Below are positions 1 through 10,170 of a DNA stretch of 64,000 bases, piece after piece. The stretch spans positions 1-64,000 of the forward strand of contig NIVC01001896.1 of NCBI GenBank assembly GCA_002269645.1, read 5' to 3'. The DNA is from Macrostomum lignano. Taxonomy: Eukaryota. The position numbers and the translations under genes were made by a program. The notes under the pieces are model-generated. The model made no database searches. It worked only from the letters and a program-made list of their open reading frames with translations, and was not told the DNA's origin. How positions within the stretch are numbered: the stretch's first letter is position 1; every line of letters begins with the position of its first letter.

Positions 1-2905
1 AGCCCTTTTTTTCCACTGGGTTGTCATATATGTTGTATTTGCACAACATATTAGTTATATTTATAACCACTTTAATTTGTCATATACCTTTGTCTACTCT
101 CTACAACAATGATTATTATATAATGTGATTCTAAATGCTTAGCCAACACATAGTTTATAATTTCCAAAAAGGCAGTATTAAAAATTTCTTATTATTGCAT
201 TTGGAAATTTTCTATTTTTACAATAATTATACAGTCTATACTAGGCCTAATCATTTAAAATTTGTAGTCTGTTAAAAATATTTAGTTTTAGATAACTTTA
301 GTATCAATGTTGTATTATTTGCAAAATTTAGGTGTTTTTCTAAAAAAGCAAAAGTAAAAATAGTATATAGGCCTAGGCCTAAGCACAATCTAAGTCAAGG
401 AATACTTGAAGGCAAAATGGTTTAGGGGCCATAGTCAAGAATGTGGCCTTTATGCCAGAAAATTCCAGCATATTTTGCCCTAGTTGACAATCTTGGTATA
501 CACTGGGCATATAGAATTTTCAGGTTCAACATCAAGTATACACAGTTGATATATAAAAATAGCCAAGTTCAGGTCCTATGTATATTGTATAATAAAATAT
601 CAACAAACAATCTTGAAAGCTCTAGCTTAAAATAATTGGAAACAAAAAAAATAAATGAGATGGGGCGGAGAAAGGTTTGGTAGTAGGTGGGATTGTCCGG
701 TGGTCGCTTGATTTAATGTCGAGTATGAGCAGCTCAGGCCTTTGAATTGGCGCCGTCGTTAATTTGCACAGATTAAATCCAGAAAATTTGTGTGGACAAA
801 TCCCAGTTGAAATGTCTCGTAGATACTCTGACTGCCAGGGTCCTCAATCCCAGGAGGAGGATAGTTTTAGTTGTAGGCAAGCGGTCTTTGTTGGTGCGAG
901 CATTCAGAGCATGTCCTCAGATACCGAATTTAATGTATCTCGTATGCTTGACGTAACTTGTTACTAACAGTAGAGTAGCGCTGCCACCATCGTAATTTGT
1001 GTATTATGGAACGTTGAAGCCTCAGAGCTTGCTTTGAGATGAGACTGATGGGTTATTTTATGCCCCACGGGCAAATGACTCAATATAAAACTAGGCTTCA
1101 GGTTATCAGAGAGAGATTAATGTCATATTAATTGTTTTATTAAGACTTCAGCGGCAATATACTAATTTACCTAGTAATTAAAAAATAAAAATTAGATTCA
1201 CCAAATGTATTAAATAATCAAACAGGACCGTGACCACTCTGGCAGATGATTGGCTGGTGCCGCAGTGCACAAGCTACTGAATAGATAGACTAGGTGCAAC
1301 TAAACTGGCGGACTTAAAAATATTAGAAATTAAATTAAAAGGTAGAAGGGAAACGGAAAGAAGAAAAGGGAATAAAAGGAAGGCAAGTAAGGAAAGGGGG
1401 ATAAGAAAAATTAGGTGGCTCCAGAGGGCACCAATATATCAGACAAAATATATGCAACAAGTGGTTCAAAGGGGTCAAACGCTGGTGGCAAAGGGTGGTC
1501 ACATAGATCAAGTAAGGAACAGACAGAAAATAACATGGAAAATAGGGTGATAAACAAGGTTTCCAACAGAGGGATGCAAAAGACAAAACAAACCAGCCAC
1601 TGGGGCACAAGGTGGGCACACAGGACCAAAACTGGGGACAGCGGGGAATGGGTCAAGGGTGGTTTATTATTAAGTCACAAAAAATTAAATTTCAAAATTA
1701 AAGTATTAACGTTCATTAGATTGTCAGTGGCAGCCCCTAACTGCCACATAAAAATAATGAAATTTACAAGAAAAAATTAAATTAAAACAAAGAATAGGCC
1801 CTATTTGTTTTAGCAAAAAGTTATTTTAAAGTTCAGTAAAACTCTTATATTTTTAAAAATATACATTCTCTAAAAAGTTGGCATAGGCCTTATAAGGCCT
1901 AGAATGTTTATATTCAACATACAAACTATTTGGCCTATGGCCCTATTGCCTATATTAAATAAGTTAAAATATTTTTTAAATGTTAAATAAACCAATTGCA
2001 GTTAGTTAGTAGGGCCTAGTCATTAGATTAAAAGTTAAGTAAGTCAATAAGAAAATAAGTCTGAAGCAATCACTAAATATAGAAAATACTAGACCAACCA
2101 ATGCCTACACTTTTTGTGGTTGCTACGATTTGCTACATAATTCGCTGCTAAGGCTTATTAGGCCATACCAAATTAAATGTATGATATGGCACTATATTAT
2201 ATATTTTATTTATATAATATAATTATAATATTTCTCTCTCATAGTCTAAACGAATTTGCTCTGATCAATAACGGCTGGTCTTCACCATGGGCTTTTCATA
2301 TTGCTTGTTCTGGTTCCAGAACCAGAACCAATTTGTGAAGTATAACTTTTTGTCTCCATAACTAGAGGGAGATACGTGCTATAAAGTTTTTATTATTGAA
2401 TGACAATCGCCAAGAAGAAACCGAAAAATTGTGCAAAGTAAGGCTGTTAAGGCAGACAAACATTCAACAAAATTAAATAGTTATACTGCTGTTTTTCTTG
2501 GAAGATTCAAACCGATTCTGATTCTGGAATCGGTAATATGAAAAGCCTCAATCAATCAATCCACATCCACAATTTCTAATAAAAACTTTAAAGCAAAGAA
2601 ATACATGTATTGAATACATCCGTACATATATTTTTAGTCAATAAAGCCAGCAGTAATTGTGTAATTTTGACATTACCTAGTGTGACACGAGTGCGTGGGC
2701 ATAAAATTGAAAAAAACAAGACTTTTCATTCCAGCTTACACCTGCCATGATTTAGAGTAGGCCCTATATGGTTTGAATGCAAAGCAACAGTTATCATTTA
2801 GACTGTTTCAAATAAGTGCCAAAAATTCAACTCATTTTACTGTTGCATCATTTGCCTATATTAGGAGATTTTATTATAGTTTAGAAAAATAAAGCACTAG
2901 AAGAT

Positions 2906-4579
2906 GTGTTCTTGAAGTCGAAGGTTGTTGTTATAGTCAATACCGATGACTATAACAACAAACTCCACAGTATCATCCAAGACCAAACCAAATTCCAGTG
3001 CCTGGGCACTCATGACACTGTCACCATGTCGCATCCCATCCTCAAAGCCGAACAATCTCTTCAAAATTTCCTCCGCAACCATATCAAACAACACATCGAA
3101 CCAAACATCTATCAGCATATCTTACCTAGTGGCAGTCAACCGGGACAACTCTACGGGGTTTGTAAAGTCCACAAACCTGACAATCCTCTTAGACCAATTG
3201 TCTCCATGGTCAACACCGCCGAATACGAAGTTGCCAAGTACCTGGATTCTCTTATCAAGCCCTGCATTCCTTCCAATTTCATGTCCAAATCCAACAAAGA
3301 CTTCCTCAATGACCTTCAAAAGTTCAACCCTACGCTCAACAGATCTGACTCTCTATGTAGTTTTGATGTTGTTTCTCTCTTCACCAACATCCCCCTTGAT
3401 CTGGCCATTGACTATGCCACTGAGTTAGTGTATAACACGAACCCTCCCACCATGGCCAAGTCGTCCTTTAGAAAACTCCTGGGCTTTGCTACCTCTGGAA
3501 TCTTTATGTTTGACAATAAATACTATAGGCAAGTTGATGGCTGTGCCATGGGAAGCCCCTTGGCCCCCACTCTGGCGAATGTCTACTTGGCCCATTGGGA
3601 AACCGAAAACTGGATGTCTCTCAACTGTGCCCCCAAATTCTACAGGCGCTACGTTGACGATACATTTGCCATCTTTGATCAGGAGCAAAAAATTGATCAG
3701 TTCCTCCACGCTCTCAACTCCACTCATAAGAACATAAAATTCATGGTTGAACATGCTGTTGACCAAAGACTCCCCTTCCTGGACATTGACATTGACTACA
3801 GTAAGGAAACCCTCTCCACAAAAGTCTTCCGTAAGAAAAGCTTTACCAATCTCATTCTCAACTTCTAAGCCACTTGCCCCAGACAATGGAAAACTGGGCT
3901 CGTGAGGTGTTTGCTCCATAGTCATAGAGCTTTCACTACCTGTAACACCTGGATCAACTTTGACCGGGAGGTGCAGTTCCTCACTAGACTGTTCCATCAA
4001 AATGACTACCCCGTTTGTCTAGTCCAAAAAATCGTCAACAAGTTCATCTTGGACAAAATCACCAAACAAAAACCTGAGCAATCTGTCACCACTGAAGAAT
4101 TTGAACCCATTCTGCGTCTCCCCTTCCTCGGACCTCCATCTCTAGCCTTTAAAAACAGAATGCGTAGGTTATTCTTTGCCTCTTTCAATCGTAACATCCG
4201 GGTCGTCTTCCACACGAACAAGATTGGGAACTTTGTTAGCAGATTAAAGTCGCGTGTTCCTTGTACTCTGCGTGCAGGTGTTGTCTACCAATTTAACTGC
4301 TCTGTGGACCAGAGCGTCTCCTACGTGGGGAAAACCAAAAGACACCTACACACGAGGATCAGGGAACACTGGCTCAAACCATCTGCTATACAAACTCACC
4401 TCCTTGAATGCACTAACTGCAATGACTGCAAACCAGAAGAACACTTTAAAATCATTGACCAAAGCCATACTGACGCCAAACTTAGAATTCTCGAGGCCCT
4501 GCACATAAAAGCTCAGACCCCGAATCTCAACACCCAATTACAACATAGTGGTGCAGGTCACGTTCTCCGCGTTTTCTGA
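2906..4579 (+). mobile_element. Penelope-like retroelement (PLE), 5'-truncated: reverse transcriptase + GIY-YIG endonuclease, interrupted by one in-frame TAA (3866-3868)
   Basis: ORFs 2906-3868 and 3902-4579 are in the same frame. RT motifs: LYGVCKVHK, LRPIVS, FDVVSLFT, GCAMGSPLAPTLAN, YRRYVDD, LPFLD. GIY-YIG: GVVYQFNC...SYVGKTKRHLHTRIREH, plus His/Cys residues (THLLEC) typical of Penelope endonucleases. The ORF starts at VVIVNTDDYNNK with no N-terminal domain. Confidence 0.93.
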
Positions 4580-4869
4580 ACAGTGAGTGACACAGTCGTG
4601 CACGCTGTGTACACTTAGCTTGACGTTCAATTACCTAAGCTAGCTACCGCCCCTGATTCTGCCTTTTGGCCACTGGACAAGAATTGTGTACATTTGGTTT
4701 AACTTTCATTCTCAATCTAGGCCTATAATTCTCTCTCCTACCTACTATACCTATGTATGTTGTTAAAGCCAAGTTGTAATCAATTGTTTTCAATCTTACC
4801 CTTCTTACCTGTGTACGTTGCAAAAACCAATATTTAATCAATCGCTTTCAATCTCAATTTCTCAAATCA

Positions 4870-4927
4870 TTCTAATAAAATCCTGACGATGCACCATGGC
4901 GTGCGAAACGCGTTGAAGTTGTTAGAA
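4870..4927 (+). ncRNA. Type I hammerhead ribozyme (minimal PLE type)
   Basis: CTGACGA core (4883-4889), extra T, stem II GCAC/GTGC (4891-4904), GAAA (4905-4908), palindromic mini stem III ACGCGT, cleavage triplet GUU (4912-4914). Stem I pairs TTCTAATAAAATC (4870-4882) with GAAGTTGTTAGAA (4915-4927), with a 2x2 internal loop. It lies about 300 nt after the PLE stop codon. Confidence 0.85.
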
Positions 4928-5544
4928 ATTGAAATCATATTCAAATGTTGATATTAAGCTTTCTATTTATTCTTCTTGCCAAGCGAGCGACTCTACCAGC
5001 ATAAAACATTGGAGACCTAGAAAAGTAATTTTTTAAATTGAAAAATATAGGAAGGTTTGCACTCGATTCATACATAGATCCTATTAAGAGGTTTTTAAAA
5101 ACACTTAGTTTATGAAATTGGTTCAAGAATAACAAAGTTATTACCATTTTACTGTGAAAATTTCTTTGACCTTTGTAGTAGGCCTAGGCCTATATTTTTC
5201 ATCAAGGACTATGACTTATAAATATAGGCCTATAGCCTATATAGGCCTAATAATAAAAAATGTTTGAAAATGCAAGTCAAAAATTGTATGAATGTTTTAA
5301 ATAAAAAATAACAAAGTCAAAAGTAAATAAAGAAATAGTAAATTTTGTAAAAGAAAATGTTTTTAATAAAAATATGAAAATCAAATTTCAGGATAAAAAA
5401 ATTTTTATTTTAACTTTTTATACATCTAGGCTAGGCCTATAGTATTAAATGTCATTTTAGCATATAATACCTTTTAAGTTTTATTCATGTTTGTGATTTT
5501 TTTCTTTATTTTTAGGTAGACATTTTATGGTAGGCCTAGACATA

Positions 5545-6955
5545 GTGGCAAGTCTGCAAAATAGAGCACCATGTAGGCTTCCAATGGTAGGATGCAGCCT
5601 ATAATGGCTTGGGCGCATGCCAGCTGTTGATGCTCAATGGACAGGCATGTAGCTAGTATCGTGCCAATGCCCCAAGTCCTCTAGCAATAGTTGGCAACTG
5701 CCTAGATGGTAGTTAAGTATGCTAGGTATAGGGTCACACCTCGCCTAGTCCATCCCTATACTACAATTGTTTAAGGCCACAAGTGGATGGCATTGGGCTG
5801 CCATGCAGGAATGGACATTGGCTGCATAATGTTAAAAGGTCAATTGGCTATCTAGCCAGACCCCTAGGATGATAGGTACTTCTTCAAACAAGAGCAAGGT
5901 GCCTCTAATCTAGAGATCAACCTGCTTTTTCTTGCAAGTCTCCCAGGGGTTCCCAGACCTTCCAGTTATGGCACAAGGCCTCCTCAGTGTCTAGGGCCAG
6001 CTGCAGCTAGGTGGCACAGATGTCAAGGCTCCGTACTATTGTAAGCAACATTAGTCATCTGTGTAGAGGCTAAGCATATTGTCTCTATGAGGTCATTGAT
6101 GTAAACTAGCTAGAGTATAGGTGCTAGGACACTACCTTGGGGAAGGCCTTTGTGGAACACATATTCCTGACTATTGCACTGGCCCTTTTAGATGTGGGTA
6201 TGGTGGTTGGTGATAAATCCTTGGATCTAGCATAGCATGCACTTGGAGATGGTGAAGTTTGGCAAGCAGGTCATTCTGCCACACCTTATCATAGGTGCAG
6301 CTAAAATCCTATCAAGGATTGCCTAGCAAATATGTGCTACCTGCTCCTCAGTGGAATGGCCGCATTGAAAGCCAGTCTGGGTACCACTGAGGAGCCAGTT
6401 GGACTCCAGGTGATGACAGAGCTATTAGAGTACCATCTGCTTAGCCAGCTTAGCAATGGTGCTGGTCAGTGCAACTGGCTAGTATGACTCCAGTTTGCTA
6501 CCATTTTCTCCCATTTTGGGATAGGCACTATATGGCTATGCTTCCATTGAGCAAAGCAGATGCTAGTATGCCAAGTGGCATTAATGAGTCCCAATCCCAA
6601 CAGTTATTGCCTACTAGTCATTGGCAGGTGTTTTAGCATGCTGTTGTAGACTGCATCTGGCCCAGGGACCTTGAGTGCATAGAGTGCAACCTGCAGTTCC
6701 ATTAGCAAGAACAGTGCACAAAAGCCCTGTTCACTATAGTAGCATAGTGTCCACATGGTGGCATTCGCTTAATGTGTGACTGTGCAGTCCTTTGGACATT
6801 GCAGAACCCTGGGGATAGAGCTGTATAGTTGGCAAAACAGCTCTGCCTTCTTTAGATTTATTTGCATAGGTTGCACAAAGGCCTACATGCCCATTTAGGG
6901 CCTGTGGATTGTGACACTATTCTTCTGCTTGCCATTCCTCTAATGGCAAGCAACA
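5545..6955 (-). pseudogene. Degenerate non-LTR retrotransposon (LINE) reverse transcriptase relic
   Basis: Manual minus-strand translation gives KVPGPDAVYNSMLKHLP (~6670-6620), SY*PVALTSTIAKLAKQMVL**L, GFQCGHSTEEQ, GLPQGSVLAPIL*LVYINDL (~6148-6090) and YTDD (6065-6054), with many stops and frameshifts. Confidence 0.9.
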
Positions 6956-7065
6956 GGTAAAAGAGGTCACTTTTGATGTCTATTGATGGTGGCTATTGCT
7001 GTTGCTTTGCTTGTTGCTATAGCTATTGCTGCTGTTGCTTTGGCTGCGGCTGTTACTGCGGCTAT

Positions 7066-8150
7066 TATGAGGGGTGCTTATTAAGTTCCCGAAAAGTTCA
7101 GTTCTAATTATTGCATCTGTACGGAATTTTACCTGCAGCAACTGCAGTCTATTATAACTTCTCAACATAATTTCCACGCAAATTGGAGCACTTTTGCAGG
7201 CACTGGAACCATGCATTGAAGCACCCCCTGAGATCAGCTTTGGTGAAGCTGTCCAGCTCAGCTTGTAGCGCAAAAACCAGCTCCTCCCTCGAGTCAAAGT
7301 GCTTCCCCTCCAGATTTTTCTTTATTCTGGGAAATAGGAAAAAAGTCAGCAGGCACCAGGTCCAGCAAATATGCCGGATGTGGCTGCTCAACAAGCTGGG
7401 TTGCCTGAAGGAATTCCTAGGTCACTTGTGCCCAGTGTGCAGGAGCATTGTCCTGATGGAGGAAGATGCCTTTGTCAAGCGTCTTTGGCCGCTGTTGTGC
7501 AAGCGCCTGCAGGATGCTATTGCGTCAGAAGAAAGTAGCCGCCATCACTCTCCCGAGGCTGCACTCGCGATGAAATTTGAGAGGAGCATCTTCCTCATTG
7601 GTAACGCACTGCCGACTCTACTCTTTGCTCTCTAGGTCATAAAAGTAGACCCAGGTTTCGTCGCCAATGAGGATGTTATCCACCAACTGTGAGTGGCCTC
7701 CATCAAACCTGGCTACCATGAGGTTGGCAAACTCAACTCAGGCTCGCATCTGGTCAGCGCTAAGCTGGCGGGGTACCTAGCAAGCAGACAGCTTCCTCAT
7801 GCCAAGGTGCTAGTGCAGGATCTTAATGATAGTGGAATCTGACACCCCAACAAGCTGCTCCAACCAGTGAATCATCACTCGCTGATCTTCGTCTACATGG
7901 CATGAAACAGCAGCAACAACTCCGTCAGACACAGCCAAACTTGGCTGCCCCTCGCAAGGATCGTTGTCCAGAGTGGCCGAGCCACAGCGGAAGTACGCAA
8001 ACTACTCATACACCAACTGGGATGATGCTTGATCCTGAAGAGCTTCATGCAGCATCTGGAGGCAGGTGGCTGCAGAGCTGCCCAGCCAAAACTGTACCAA
8101 GATTGCCACTCGCCTGTTGCAGTCAGTCAGCTATGGCAAGGGGGCACTTT
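7066..8150 (-). mobile_element. Mariner (Tc1/mariner) transposase relic
   Basis: Minus-strand motifs: E*FAYFRCG, KLSAC*VPRQL (WVPREL-like), IGDETWVYFYD (7665-7640), FLHQDNAPAH (7458-7435), FFLFPRIKKNLEG...GNYVEKL. A TA followed by TGAGGGGTGCTTATTAAGTTCCCG at 7066-7091 resembles a mariner TIR. The matching right TIR was not recognised. Confidence 0.88.
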
Positions 8151-8935
8151 TTCAGCCAAACTTTGGCCACTGCAGCGGATCATTGCGACCAATTAAGCTA
8201 AAATTTTACAAGCAAACATAGAACTGCTTCATTTTAAAGAAAACTTTATATGCATGCTAGTAATAAAACACAGCAGAAAAATACCTAAACTATTCACAGA
8301 TATTCAATTACAAAAATCCTTATCATGGTTTCTATGGCAGGGAAGGGCTGATAGCTACTTGACATCAGAAGATACTTACAATTGAGTGACTGCTTGCTAT
8401 TGAAGAAAGCCCAATTTCAGGGGGTGCTTGCTATTAGAAAGAAAGGCAGGGAATGCTTGCTATCAGGAGATGATTCCTATTATTGCATCTTTATTGTATG
8501 TTTGAATTAAAGTTAAGAATTCAGATAGGGTCTAATTTAGTGATAGTTCCAATTTTGTTTAGCTGACCTGCAGTTAGGGCTTATAAATATGCACAGATAC
8601 TGGTTAATAAAAGAAAATAACACAAAGGCAATGAGATGTTGATTAATATCTTGGCTAATATTCTTATATCAATTACTTCATAACATATTTCATTTCATCA
8701 CATAATAAGTTTTAAAAGTTCTGTATCTTTACTGTCATAAAATAATGCAAAAGTGAAGCAGAAATAGAATATAAAAAAGAACACCAGTACAATGGACCAT
8801 GGACGAGCAATACAAAAGATGGGGGGACATACTCAGACCTTATTCTAAGAACTAAGCTCCGAAGTTAATTATAGTTTAGTACAACTTTAGTGATAGCAAT
8901 TGAGATTTAAAGAGAAAAGTTTGGCCCATGAATAG

Positions 8936-9085
8936 ATTAGGACAGAAGGAAGAGGAAAGAAGGGAGAAAAAAAAGAGAGAAGAAAGAGAAGAGAGGGAGA
9001 TGAAAAAAGAGGAAAAGGAGAAAATAGAGGGAAAAAGAGTAGAAAAGAAAAAAGGAAAATATAGAGAAAAAAGAACTGAAGAAAG
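8936..9085. repeat. A/G-rich low-complexity tract
   Basis: Almost purely purine (GAAGAGGAAAAGAAGG...); it explains the F/S/L-rich spurious minus-strand ORFs. Confidence 0.8.
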
Positions 9086-10170
9086 ACACAAACCTTAAGC
9101 AGGCCAGATTTTTATTGTAAAGTTTCAATGGACCCAAGGGCTAGATAAAGTAAGGCTTTATAGCCATTACAAGCTATGGGGGGTGCTCCAAAAGTCCTTT
9201 CCTTTTTGAACATAGCTCTTGCAATACTGCTCCAATTTGAATGTGGTTTTTGACTATAAAAAGATGCACTTTAGCTCAAAAGTTTTGCAATTTGATCATT
9301 TTTTCTATCTATTATGGTACTTTTAGGTCTAGTTCTTACCAAAATCAAAGGGCATTGCACAATAATATTTCCACTGATTATTACATTAGACATAATTCAA
9401 ACTTGAACTATTTTTTTAATTTTGAGGTTAGCATTGATCTGTAGATAGTTCTGTATTAGCAAGGCACTCTTTCAATCATTATATAGCATTGCTCTGCTAG
9501 CATAAGCCACTAAGGCATATAGAATACTAGGTAAATGCTATCTTCCAAGTTGCTGTCTGGTGCTTGCATGAAAGGATTGCACTAAGAGGTTTACAATACT
9601 AGTTTGTCTCAGCTTATGGTTTGAAATTGTCACAAAGTAATAATAATATGTCACAATTGCATAGCATAGCAGTGCTCTGTGCACTGAGTTGAAGAGCTAA
9701 AAAGCCTTTAGTAGTACTATCTGAATTCACATTGTTCATATGCTCTGGTTAATTGAAGTCTAGTTCATATAGGTACAACACCTAGTCAATCCAATTAAGT
9801 GGCCAAGGCTATTGCAAAACTAATCAATCAAACACCAAGAAAAAAGCATGACATATTCAATAATTTAATTATATAACCATGCCCAGGTTCTGGTTTTTAA
9901 TTCTTCAGTCAAATAAACTGGATCAGTTGTGGGAAGTATGGTCTGATAGTCTTTGTGTTAGATTGTAATGAAAGTCCATGTAACCAGACTGCAAAATGTC
10001 ATAATAAGAGAACTGAGATGGAGAGGCTACCACGTCAACTGAAAACATGCAACAAATATACAAAAATTTGCTCACTTAAAAACACAAAAAGACACAAGGA
10101 GACTCAAAGAGACTATAAGATGGGTTAGAAGAGTAACAATAATGGGTTACCATGCAAAAAATGATTTCAG

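Noticed and set aside
655-1780. CpG-containing block and purine-rich block with short ORFs
   Set aside because: No recognisable protein motif in any frame by eye; possibly repeat-derived, but I cannot support a call.
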